From contig JABMNL010000009.1 of assembly GCA_013204585.1 (NCBI GenBank), positions 22,058 through 86,057 on the forward strand: a stretch of DNA of 64,000 nt, in the 5' to 3' direction. Positions 8,791-19,744 of the stretch are shown here, in pieces; the stretch's first letter is position 1; every line of letters begins with the position of its first letter. The DNA is from SAR202 cluster bacterium (GTDB lineage Bacteria; Chloroflexota; Dehalococcoidia; Lucifugimonadales; UBA3495). The notes beneath the pieces are model-generated. The model searched no databases, had not been told where the DNA came from, and saw nothing but the letters and a program-made list of their open reading frames with translations. Both the position numbers and the translations under genes were made by a program.

Positions 8791-9405
8791 CTAAACGTCC
8801 TTGGGTTGTATCAGTCCGTAATTTCCGTCTCCCCGTACATACAGGACGCCGAGTTTGTCTGATTCTGAGTCCAAGAACATGTAGAACGAATGGCCCAGAA
8901 ACTGCATTCTAGCAGCGGCCTCTTCCATGCTCATTGGCTCCATGTCAAACTCTTTCACTCGTACCACTTGGCCATCGACGTAGTCATCGTCAGCCTCTTC
9001 GATGTTTGCTCCAGAATTTTTGGCTGGCCCGGTGCCGTTGGTATACCATGCCGCAGATTCCTCGTTAGCGCCGCGGACCGTCTGGCGCTTGCGTTCGCTG
9101 CGGTACGTGTGGCTCTTGTACCGCTTAATCTGCTGGTCCAGTGCCTTGGCCACCGAGTTTATCGCTGACTTGGTATTGGCAGCTCGCTGTTGTGCTCGGA
9201 GCAATGTCCCGCCGACATGCAGGGTGACTTGGGCCATGATACGGTCATTGCTCGACCGGGTAGGTTCGTACGCCAACTCTACGTTTGCATCCGAGATTCC
9301 AGGCAGGCGGCGGTTTATCGGTTCTAGCTTGCTCTCAATATGCTCCTGGGTCTTATCGCTGATTTCCAAGTTACGTCCGTGTACGTGCAAATCCAATTTC
9401 CACAC
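8791..9405 (-). CDS. hpf: Ribosome hibernation-promoting factor, long form
   Basis: 204 aa. N-terminal RaiA/HPF domain plus the C-terminal dimerisation domain (VVRVKEFDMEPMSMEEAAARMQFLGHSFYMF). GTG start with AGAGGAGG upstream. Confidence 0.85.
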   Translation of the reverse strand: MWKLDLHVHGRNLEISDKTQEHIESKLEPINRRLPGISDANVELAYEPTRSSNDRIMAQVTLHVGGTLLRAQQRAANTKSAINSVAKALDQQIKRYKSHTYRSERKRQTVRGANEESAAWYTNGTGPAKNSGANIEEADDDYVDGQVVRVKEFDMEPMSMEEAAARMQFLGHSFYMFLDSESDKLGVLYVRGDGNYGLIQPKDV

Positions 9406-9410
9406 CTCCT

Positions 9411-9436
9411 CTAACGGGTTCGCGTAACGGGTTCGC
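9411..9436. repeat. 13-bp direct repeat x2 (TAACGGGTTCGCG) abutting the hpf SD
   Basis: Read directly from the sequence. Confidence 0.85.
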
Positions 9437-9587
9437 GGATTTAATGGCTCTGGCTTGGTCTAAGAGTCTCCTCTAACCCCACAATAGGCGTGTGCATCAG
9501 GAGAGACAAGCCACAATGCACCCCCAAGTAGAGGGCCATCCGGCCCCCAATTCCTAATCGAAAATCCTTACCGCCAAATGAGTCGGA

Positions 9588-9630
9588 TAAAAAATAAGCC
9601 CATGACCGAAATATTAGTCCGGTCATGGGC
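9588..9630 (-). terminator. Intrinsic terminator after the DUF429 gene
   Basis: On the minus strand: GCCCATGACCG-loop-CGGTCATGGGC followed by TTATTTTTT. Confidence 0.7.
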
Positions 9631-9666
9631 ACATTGTATTCGTTGTATAGAGTGCTGTTAGCTGGG

Positions 9667-10305
9667 TTAGTTTGGCAATTTGGGTAGTACCAGGATGCCC
9701 TCATCAGGGTCTCCCAGTGTATCCGTGTCCGAATGTGCGTGGAGTTGGCCGGTGTAAGCGTTAATGATGGCGTCACAGGCGTTCCGGTCCAGGTCGTCGG
9801 CATGTTGCTCCATACCTGAGACCAGGGGTGCCAGATGGCCAATCATATAGCCGACACTGGTTGAGCTATTCTTCGGCGGCACTTTGTCGCCAAAGAGCAG
9901 CATCTTAGTTGCGTGGGGATATACCTCGATAACTTTGTAACCAGCGTCCCTAAGGCCGTGGCTCAAACGAATCCCCCGGTAAATCAGGTCCCTAATGATG
10001 GAACCTTTATTGGTATAAAAACAGCTAATCCCCATCTTGGCTAACTCAAGCTCAAGCAGTCGGCCTTTCCTGTCTGGTACCGAAAACCGGCAATCACAGG
10101 ACTGGTCCAAGCAGCAAAAACCTGAAGGCAGGTTCAATGGAGCGCCTATTGCAATAAGGTCGGGCTGGACCTTTGCGACCAGCTCGCTTAATTCCGAGTC
10201 TTCATAGAAACTTCCTAGTTGGGTTAATCGAGAATTTGAATCTAATATGGCAACCGCAGAGGGCTTTTTGCTAGAAGCCCTTAAATCTATTCCTAAAACT
10301 GACAT
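9667..10305 (-). CDS. DUF429-like protein (predicted RNase H-fold)
   Basis: I trimmed the track ORF (which runs to 10533 and overlaps meaB) to ATG 10305, which has a GGAGGTG SD. 212 aa starting MSVLGIDL... and ending with a ...CDAIINAY-type motif. Family call is from memory. Confidence 0.5.
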   Translation of the reverse strand: MSVLGIDLRASSKKPSAVAILDSNSRLTQLGSFYEDSELSELVAKVQPDLIAIGAPLNLPSGFCCLDQSCDCRFSVPDRKGRLLELELAKMGISCFYTNKGSIIRDLIYRGIRLSHGLRDAGYKVIEVYPHATKMLLFGDKVPPKNSSTSVGYMIGHLAPLVSGMEQHADDLDRNACDAIINAYTGQLHAHSDTDTLGDPDEGILVLPKLPN

Positions 10306-10426
10306 TACGAATCGCCACCTCCGTGAATCGGATAAAGTAGTCTCCCCGTCCGCGCTAAAGGGGCCTTTCGCCCCTGGGAAGGTTTTGTGGATTCGCCCGC
10401 CGCATTGATGTACCGATAAGGTACGC

Positions 10427-11392
10427 CTACTGTGCGTTAAGCCAGTCTGACGAAAATCGAGAAGAGTCCAGATACTCCAATGCCGCTGAGTATGGGTCTG
10501 TCTCTTTCCCCGCCACTTTTTCCAAAGTGGCAATTAGGTCAGGGTCGTTTTCCACCAAGTTGCGAAGACGCTGCGACAACACTTCTTCCACCGCCTCCAA
10601 GAATTCCCGTTTGCGCTGCGTTTCCCGGCGGTCCTTCAGGCCGCCGCTGGTGGTGAGAAACTCCCGGTGATCTTGTATTTTCACCCAGAGTTCTTCAATT
10701 CCCTGGCCTGTTTGAGCATTCGTCAGTAATACAGGCGGGCTCCACTCGGGAGTAATAGTGGACATATGGAGCATCCCGATGATGGCCGTCGCCATCTGGT
10801 CTGCACCGTCCCGGTCCGCCTTGTTTACTAAGTAAACATCGGCGATCTCCATCACCCCCGCTTTCAGCGTTTGAATTGCGTCTCCCGACTCGGGGTTTAA
10901 CGCAACCAACACTGTGTCCGCCACACTAATAATGCCTAGTTCGGTCTGTCCGACACCAACGGTCTCAACCAATATTAGGTCGGTACCGGCGGCATCAAGT
11001 GCCCGAACCATGCTTTTAACAACCCGAGGTAACCCACCAGTTTGGCCCCGCGTGGCCACGCTGCGAATGAAAACCCCAGAGTCGAGATAGTGGCGTTGCA
11101 TCCTTATGCGGTCGCCCAATATGGCACCACCGCTAAAGGGACTGGTAGGGTCAACAGCAATGATGCCCACTTTGGAGCCTGTCTTCCTTACCAACTGTGT
11201 TAGTTGGTCCACAATGGTGCTCTTACCTGCACCAGGAGGACCGGTGATTCCCACCGTGTATGCCCTACCGGTATGCCCGTCAACCACCTTCATTGCGTCG
11301 GCGGCTGCCGGGTCTCCCCGCTCCAACATGGTGATCAACCGTGATAGAGCCCTTTGTTCGCCTGCTAATAGTCTTTGAGCTATCTCGGACAT
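10427..11392 (-). CDS. meaB: Methylmalonyl-CoA mutase-associated G3E GTPase (MeaB/ArgK)
   Basis: 321 aa. P-loop GITGPPGAGKST, plus ETVGVGQTE and NKAD motifs. Confidence 0.85.
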   Translation of the reverse strand: MSEIAQRLLAGEQRALSRLITMLERGDPAAADAMKVVDGHTGRAYTVGITGPPGAGKSTIVDQLTQLVRKTGSKVGIIAVDPTSPFSGGAILGDRIRMQRHYLDSGVFIRSVATRGQTGGLPRVVKSMVRALDAAGTDLILVETVGVGQTELGIISVADTVLVALNPESGDAIQTLKAGVMEIADVYLVNKADRDGADQMATAIIGMLHMSTITPEWSPPVLLTNAQTGQGIEELWVKIQDHREFLTTSGGLKDRRETQRKREFLEAVEEVLSQRLRNLVENDPDLIATLEKVAGKETDPYSAALEYLDSSRFSSDWLNAQ

Positions 11393-11858
11393 TGTCAGGC
11401 GATCCGCAGGACGGTGCGGGGAATCAGGAAATTCATTAGTGAACTTGAACGAAATCTAGCATCAGCTAGGCACGGAGTCAAGACGAAAACCAGGATAATA
11501 AACGGTAATGAATATCTTATGACACATATGCAACTAAAACCATACAAAATGATGTGGTTTCTCCATAAAAAGAAATAATAAATAAGATATTACGAGCGTA
11601 TTATGGATTCGGTTAGGTAAATTGGGCCTAGTTTGGTTAGCATATAAATTGGTCTATATCCGGGTTAATCAGTGGCTGGAGTTCCCAATTTGGCGAAAAT
11701 AACCAAGGTCTCGACTTGAAATAACATACGAATTTAGGGAAATTCTAACCGAAAAGCCCCGAGGTAGTGTGCAGTTTAATACCGAGATGGGGAGCCAATC
11801 TTATTGAACGGTATATACTCAGCCAGTTTTATGCCGGACTTGCGAGCAAGTGTAGACC

Positions 11859-11910
11859 CGGCCAGGTTCCGGCCAAGTTCCGGCCAAGTTCCGACCAAGT
11901 TCCGACCAAG

Positions 11911-11913
<3 letters not shown>
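11859..11913. repeat. 11-bp tandem repeat x5 (CGGCCAAGTTC / CGACCAAGTTC)
   Basis: Read directly from the sequence. The last unit contains the stop codon (11911..11913) of the CysRS-GT2 gene. Confidence 0.9.
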
Positions 11914-14115
<2,202 letters not shown>

Positions 14116-14263
14116 AGGGACCTCTTCTACCTGAGGTTACGCACGAACGCGATGGGGCAGTTTAGCACGTTCGAATCGTGACTGCTAGCTAAAAAAGCGG
14201 AGATTGTTATGTCGCTTCGCAGAATGGACGCCACACTGAAGATAGCTTCTAAAAAGTTTGGCT

Positions 14264-16573
14264 TTAAGCCTGGTGCTGAACGACCGCGCCAGACAACTTC
14301 ATAGATTCGATTTGTTCTCCGGTGTAGCCAGCCTCGCTGAGAATCTCATCGGTCTCTGCGCCAAGTAGGGGGGTTGGTCGGCCGACCCGCATAGGGGTTT
14401 CGGACAGCTTGGCTACAGAGCCTAGGTGGTCCGCCCGTCCCATGCCTGGATGGTCACGCTCCACGATTAGACCGGCTTTCCGGATGTCCGCGTCATCCCG
14501 GAAATCGCTGACCATGCGGTTGGCGATTACGCTGACCCCGGTTGGGTTGATGAGCTTCTCCCACTCAGACCGCGTCTTGCCAGCCAGAACAGCTGCCAAG
14601 GACTTGGTTAGGGAATCACCATTGCTATCTGAGGCCAGCCCAGAGAAATCGGCTAGCTGGGCTAATTTCTGCCAAGCGCCGTCATTGGGACAGTGCAAGA
14701 ACACCCAGCCGTCGGCTGCCCTGTAGAGGCGGGATTTGGCGGAGAAACCACGGACGTCCAAACCCTCTGGTTCGTCTCGTTTGTAGCCTTCGTAGTCCAG
14801 GAAGTAAGGCGACTGGAGTAGGGCAGCGGTCAGGGCCAACCCGCTGTCCACCGATTGTCCCTTGCCGGTGATATTGCGCTCGTGGACGGCCAAGGCCACG
14901 GCGTAAGCGCCCATCAACCCGGTGCCGTAGTCGTTCATGGGATAGGGCAGCAGCTTGGGGGCTGCGTCGCGTCCACCCCGCCGTACTTGGATGCCGCTGG
15001 TGGCCTGGGCCAATTGCTCCCAACCGGGCCGCTCGCTCCAGGGGCCGTCGTAGCCAAAGGCGTTCAACGACGCGTGGATGATGTCCGGCTTTCGCTTGCT
15101 CATTTCTGCGTAGCTAATGCCCAATCGGGCCAGGCTGCTCTTCCGGTTGTTCTCCACCACTACGTCGGCGGACTCGAGAAGCTTGTAGAAGACTTCCAGG
15201 CCTTCCTTGGTCTTGAGGTTAATTTGGATGCTGCGTTTGCCCCGGTTTACGTCGGTGTTTCCCGCTACGTCGTAGGGGCGTGACGGGTCGTCAATCTTGA
15301 TGACGTCGGCACCGAACTCGCCCAGAGTCCGTCCGCAGGTTGGCCCGGCCAGGACGATACACAGGTCCAGCACCCGGATACCATCCAGAGCATGCATGAT
15401 GTTTTCGCTGTTGCCCTTGGGAGTGGCGGCTGGCGCAGAACCGTTCTTTAGATCGGCCAAAATTTCAGATGTGTGCTCGCCCAACTTGGGGGCCCGTCCC
15501 TGAATTGCTCCGGGGGTCCCGCGCAGGCGTACCTGGACGCCCGGCTGCTTCATCTTTCCGTATTGAGCGTCGTCAATCTCAACGACCGACTTGCCGGCGA
15601 TGGCGTGCTCGTGGACCAGCCATTCGTCAATCGTCTTGCAGATGGTGCCCACGCCCTTGGCCTCGGCGATGGCGTCCTCCCATTCCTTGGCGGTCCGTTC
15701 CAGATACATCTTTTCGAACCGGTCTTGCCACATGGCCACGGTCTCGGGCGCGACCTCGGCACCGTATAGGCCCTGCAGTTCTTCAATCCATTCGGGTTTA
15801 TTGGCGGCGGCCATCAACTGACTGACGAAACGCTGATACATGCCATGTGACTGAAAGTAACGTCCGTCGGCGCACTTATATTGGTGAGACATCACGTTAC
15901 GGGGCAGGTTGAAGAGGTCTGGCGGGTTGATGTCGTACAACTTGACCAGGTGGCGTCCGATGGCCGAGAACATGGCGCTGTGCATCGGCACTTCGATACG
16001 TTGGCCCTTGCCAGTACGGTCGCGGGCCACCATGGCCATGGTCACCGATACCGAGGCCACCAGGGCGGCAAAGGTGCTGGCCGCAGGCAATGGTAGGAAA
16101 AGCGGCTCGGCTGCGCCATCAATATGCTGGTAGACGCCGGTGGCGGCGGCAACGATGCTCTCCCAGCCGCGTTCGTTGCGGTGGGGGTTCTCTTCTCCGA
16201 AGCCCGGGATGGAGCAGTAGAGCAGTCCGGGGTTGTCTTTGGCCAGGGTTTCGTAGCCGATACCCAGCCGGTCGGCCACCCCAGGCCGGTAATTTTCGAT
16301 GACGATGTCGGCTTTCTTGGCGAGCGCTACCGCGGCGGCCTGTCCCTCGGGTGTCTTTAGGTCTAGCACCACCGAGCGTTTGCCCCGGTTCCAGGTGGCG
16401 AAGGCAGGCTCGCTCCGGGCAGGGTCGCCGCCAGGGCGTTCAACCTTGATGACATCGGCCCCCTGGTCGCTTAATAACATGCCCAGCATCGGACCGGGAA
16501 TGTACTGCCCGAAATCCAAGACCTGTACGCCGCGAAGCGCGCCTTGCGCCTGGGTCCGCTCTGTGGTTGTCAT
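14264..16573 (-). CDS. Tandem-duplicated family III (CaiB/BaiF/Frc-type) CoA-transferase
   Basis: 769 aa, i.e. two ~385-aa family III modules. Each begins with the family signature (GVQVLDFGQYIPGPMLGMLLSDQGADVIKVE and GIRVLDLCIVLAGPTCGRTLGEFGADVIKID). Confidence 0.85.
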   Translation of the reverse strand: MTTTERTQAQGALRGVQVLDFGQYIPGPMLGMLLSDQGADVIKVERPGGDPARSEPAFATWNRGKRSVVLDLKTPEGQAAAVALAKKADIVIENYRPGVADRLGIGYETLAKDNPGLLYCSIPGFGEENPHRNERGWESIVAAATGVYQHIDGAAEPLFLPLPAASTFAALVASVSVTMAMVARDRTGKGQRIEVPMHSAMFSAIGRHLVKLYDINPPDLFNLPRNVMSHQYKCADGRYFQSHGMYQRFVSQLMAAANKPEWIEELQGLYGAEVAPETVAMWQDRFEKMYLERTAKEWEDAIAEAKGVGTICKTIDEWLVHEHAIAGKSVVEIDDAQYGKMKQPGVQVRLRGTPGAIQGRAPKLGEHTSEILADLKNGSAPAATPKGNSENIMHALDGIRVLDLCIVLAGPTCGRTLGEFGADVIKIDDPSRPYDVAGNTDVNRGKRSIQINLKTKEGLEVFYKLLESADVVVENNRKSSLARLGISYAEMSKRKPDIIHASLNAFGYDGPWSERPGWEQLAQATSGIQVRRGGRDAAPKLLPYPMNDYGTGLMGAYAVALAVHERNITGKGQSVDSGLALTAALLQSPYFLDYEGYKRDEPEGLDVRGFSAKSRLYRAADGWVFLHCPNDGAWQKLAQLADFSGLASDSNGDSLTKSLAAVLAGKTRSEWEKLINPTGVSVIANRMVSDFRDDADIRKAGLIVERDHPGMGRADHLGSVAKLSETPMRVGRPTPLLGAETDEILSEAGYTGEQIESMKLSGAVVQHQA

Positions 16574-16664
16574 AGCAAATAGCCCTCGATAAAATTAATG
16601 GCCGTAAATTTAGTGGCCGCTCTGGAATTGGGGGAATAGTAGCAACGTGCGTTTAGGCCGTCAA

Positions 16665-17705
16665 CTAAACTTGGCGGTGCTGAATCTTCACCGCCCGGCC
16701 TGTCCTGGCTGACTCGATGACCGCTACGTTTATCTCCGTTGACCTGAGGCCGTCGGTGCCAGTGGCCGCCGGTTCGCGGTCTTCTTTCAAGGCCGCATGG
16801 AAATCTTCTAGCTCGGCGACGAAGTTGGCCAGGTAGTCGTACTCCCAACTTTCTTTCTGATTGACCGTCTCGCTGACCACCTCAACGTCACCCATGCGCG
16901 CTTCCCAGATGGTGGCGTGGCCGGTGATGCGACCGTCGGTGCCGTAGACGGTGAAGTCGTTTAGGGTATCGGGCAGCATTCTACCGCAGCTAACGTTGGC
17001 GATGGTGCCGTCTTCCAGACGCAGCGCCATGGTGGCGATGTGTTCCAGCGGTTGGGCGTCGGTCTGGCCGTCGGTCATGGCCGAAACCTCGGTAATTTCC
17101 TGCTGCATGATGAAGCGCATTAGGTCGAAAACGTGGACGCCCAGGCCCATGATGACCGAGCCGCCGCCCATTGCTGCCGGGTCTTCCCACCAGCCGCGGA
17201 GTCCGGACCGGGGCAGATGCTCGGGTTCTCCTCTTTCGCCACGGCCCCAGTGTCCCTGTAGCAGCCGGACTCGGCCCAGTTTGCCTTGTGAAACCAGGTC
17301 GCGGGCCAGTAGGTGGGCGGGATGGAAGCGCAGCTCAAAGCCCAGTCCCAATTTCACGCCGTTGGCTTTGCATGCTTCGACCATGGCGAGCGCGTCAGGC
17401 ACCGAGGTGGCCATGGGTTTTTCTGAGAGCACATGCTTGCCAGCTTTGGCAGCCTGCACGGTATGGCCGACGTGGGCAGCATTGGGTGATGCCACAAACA
17501 CCGCGTCGATGCGTGAGTCGGCTAGCAGGTCGTCTAAGTTGGAGTACCCGACTTTTGCACCGTGGGCTTCGGCAAATGCGTCAGCCCTTCCCTGGTCGCG
17601 GCTCAACACGCCAATCAGTTCAGCGTCTGGAGTAAGCCCGATAGCCGGGGCCAGTTTTTGCTGCGGGTGCATGCCCGCGCCGATTATTGCCCAACCTAGC
17701 GCCAT
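16665..17705 (-). CDS. Gfo/Idh/MocA-family NAD(P)-dependent oxidoreductase
   Basis: 346 aa. N-terminal Rossmann motif WAIIGAGMH, plus EKP and the C-terminal alpha/beta domain. Confidence 0.8.
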   Translation of the reverse strand: MALGWAIIGAGMHPQQKLAPAIGLTPDAELIGVLSRDQGRADAFAEAHGAKVGYSNLDDLLADSRIDAVFVASPNAAHVGHTVQAAKAGKHVLSEKPMATSVPDALAMVEACKANGVKLGLGFELRFHPAHLLARDLVSQGKLGRVRLLQGHWGRGERGEPEHLPRSGLRGWWEDPAAMGGGSVIMGLGVHVFDLMRFIMQQEITEVSAMTDGQTDAQPLEHIATMALRLEDGTIANVSCGRMLPDTLNDFTVYGTDGRITGHATIWEARMGDVEVVSETVNQKESWEYDYLANFVAELEDFHAALKEDREPAATGTDGLRSTEINVAVIESARTGRAVKIQHRQV

Positions 17706-17729
17706 GTTGGACTCCTTGTTGGTCTAAAT

Positions 17730-18101
17730 CTAGACTGCCTCGATGACCACCGTACTGCCGGATGCGACGCCCTTCAGCGGTGAAGTGTCGCCGGAAATTT
17801 TGCCAATCACCGTGACAGCGCTTGCCGGTATAATCTCGTCGCCCTGGCTGGCGGGAGTGAGCCCGTAGAACAGGCAGAACGCTTGCCCAGGCGGCCAATA
17901 GCCAAGGTCGCCCAGCTCCACCACTTCTTGCCCGTCTTCCAATTCGGATTCCACTGGGATTTTGAAATATATCTCGTCGCCCCAGGTGTTGCCGTTGGCC
18001 TGAATTGGTAGAGCGTCCCAGACGGCGCTGGCGGTCTCAGTGTCGTTCAAATCGGCATCGACAACAACGCTGCCAGCAGTGATGCGTATCTTTCTAGGCA
18101 T
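17730..18101 (-). CDS. Cyclophilin-like-fold small protein of unknown function
   Basis: 123 aa. The pattern IRITAGSVVVDADLNDTETASAVWDALP...GDLGYWPPGQAFCLFYG matches the uncharacterised cyclophilin-like family as I remember it. Confidence 0.45.
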   Translation of the reverse strand: MPRKIRITAGSVVVDADLNDTETASAVWDALPIQANGNTWGDEIYFKIPVESELEDGQEVVELGDLGYWPPGQAFCLFYGLTPASQGDEIIPASAVTVIGKISGDTSPLKGVASGSTVVIEAV

Positions 18102-18116
18102 TATTATTGTTAACCA

Positions 18117-19241
18117 TTAGTCTAGCTGGGTCGCGAAGCGTTCTGGGAAGTAGCCCTGGATGGATAGGGCGGTCTGGCCAGATGTCATTAAGTCTGCAAC
18201 GGACTTGCCGATGCCAGGGGCCAGCAGGATACCTTTCTTGCCCGCACCGGTCGCCAGATAGACGTTCTCCCAGCCGGGTGCTCGCCCCAATACTGGCAGC
18301 CAGTCGGGAGTGACCGGACGCAGGCAGGCGGTATGTTTCGCCACCTTGGCATTGGCCAATTCAGGGAATACACGGGCCAATCGCCGTCGAATCTCCTGCG
18401 CCACTTCTTCTGATGGTTCAAGGTCGAAGCCCTTCCAGTCCTCGGTGGTGCCGCACCAGTTCAGGCCGTCCAGCTTGGGGTAGATCGCGGCCCCGGCGCC
18501 AGTGATGTCGTACTTGATTGGCGCTCCCTCAAGCTCCAGCCGGAGAATCTCCCCTTTTAGAGGGTCAACCGGGATGTAGACGCCCAGCCAAGACTCGGCC
18601 CGGCGCGACCACGGCCCCATGGCCATGACGACCTGACCGCAGGAAACTTCTCCGTCGGCCAAGACAACTCGGTCGACCCTGCCGCCGGTGCTTTCCAGGC
18701 TACGGACATTACCGGCGCGCACGGTAGAGCCCATCTTCCCTGCCACTGCGGCGAGGGCGTGGGTGAATTCGTGGCTGGCCACCGCAGTGTTTCCGTGGTC
18801 ATAAAGGCCACCCAAGACGCCGGGAGCGATTCGTGGCTCCAACTTGGCAATCTCGTCGGGTTCTATCCAATGGGCTTGGAATCCCTCTACCCCATTAATC
18901 CGGTCAGCTGACGCTTTCAGGCCGACAATCTCGGACTCTTCCAAGGCCAGGTCAATCTTGGTTACCGTTCGGTGTTGGTAGTCGATGCCCGACTGTTCCT
19001 TCAAGCCTTCGTACATTTCGGCGTGAAGCTGGTAGCATTCCCAGGCGAAGCTACCCAGGGGGCCGGGAATACCGATGCCGGTCAAAGGGTTAAGTCCTCC
19101 CGCAGCGTTTCCCGACGCTTGATTACCGAGGCCATCGCGCTCGATAATCGTCGACTTCACTCCCGCTTGGGCCAGGTAGAAGGCTACTGCGCAGCCTGCT
19201 GCGCCGCCGCCAATGATTGCAACGTCTGTGGTTTCAGCCAT
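18117..19241 (-). CDS. FAD-dependent oxidoreductase (DAO / sarcosine-oxidase-beta-like)
   Basis: 374 aa. N-terminal DVAIIGGGAAGCAVAFYLAQAG dinucleotide-binding motif. Confidence 0.8.
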   Translation of the reverse strand: MAETTDVAIIGGGAAGCAVAFYLAQAGVKSTIIERDGLGNQASGNAAGGLNPLTGIGIPGPLGSFAWECYQLHAEMYEGLKEQSGIDYQHRTVTKIDLALEESEIVGLKASADRINGVEGFQAHWIEPDEIAKLEPRIAPGVLGGLYDHGNTAVASHEFTHALAAVAGKMGSTVRAGNVRSLESTGGRVDRVVLADGEVSCGQVVMAMGPWSRRAESWLGVYIPVDPLKGEILRLELEGAPIKYDITGAGAAIYPKLDGLNWCGTTEDWKGFDLEPSEEVAQEIRRRLARVFPELANAKVAKHTACLRPVTPDWLPVLGRAPGWENVYLATGAGKKGILLAPGIGKSVADLMTSGQTALSIQGYFPERFATQLD

Positions 19242-19362
19242 GATGGTTTCACCTGTGCGTGGATTATTGCGCCTAGAATCCCCTCACCCACGCATGGAGG
19301 AGGGTTAGGGTGGGGGCGTGCCCTGGATTGCAGAACCTAAGCTTTACCAAAGCAACCGCCCC

Positions 19363-19432
19363 CATCTCCGACTCCGTCGAGAGTCTCGACTTAGTCGGAC
19401 CTAGCCTTCCCCCGGACGCGGGGAAGTGACTT
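19363..19432 (-). repeat. 70-bp two-hairpin intergenic element, copy 1
   Basis: Almost identical to the reverse complement of 22003..22072. Contains the palindrome GTCGAGAGTCTCGAC and the hairpin CTTCCCC/GGGGAAG. Confidence 0.85.
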
Positions 19433-19501
19433 TTGGTTTTCCTTTTCCGTGGTGTCATGTTGTCGGGAGGTCTAAAATGCGGGGAGATTCAGGAGGTTCC
19501 A

Positions 19502-19732
19502 ATGCCCATCTATGAATATTACTGTGCCGATTGCGGCCAGGACTACAACGTAATGCGACCGGTTTCCCAGTCGGACGCGCCAGCCAATTGTGCGACCTGC
19601 GGGAAACCGGGTGAGCGTCAGCTCTCCAACTTTGCCTTTAAGTCCAACACCTTTACGGCCCCGAAGTTCAAGGCTTCCCTAGAAAAGCCCTTGCGTGCCA
19701 GGGATAGCCAGCCAGCCAAAGACGCCGACTAG
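19502..19732 (+). CDS. FmdB-family zinc-ribbon protein
   Basis: I trimmed the ORF to ATG 19502, which has AGGAGG upstream. MPIYEYYCADCGQ...CATCGK (CxxC...CxxC). Confidence 0.7.
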   Translation: MPIYEYYCADCGQDYNVMRPVSQSDAPANCATCGKPGERQLSNFAFKSNTFTAPKFKASLEKPLRARDSQPAKDAD

Positions 19733-19744
19733 GCACGGGAGCGT

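Noticed and set aside
9667-10533. The track ORF for the DUF429 gene extends to 10533 and overlaps meaB by ~107 nt. Similar over-extensions occur at 38000..39046, 21952..22854, 19433..19732, 58046..58723 and 32531..34003.
   Set aside because: Internal starts with good SDs (10305, 38869, 22084, 19502, 58151, 33913) remove the overlaps and match the expected N-termini.
11375-11578. A 67-aa Lys-rich ORF in the AT-rich gap upstream of meaB.
   Set aside because: It overlaps the meaB start on the opposite strand, has no SD, and its composition is driven by AT-richness. There is no recognisable family.
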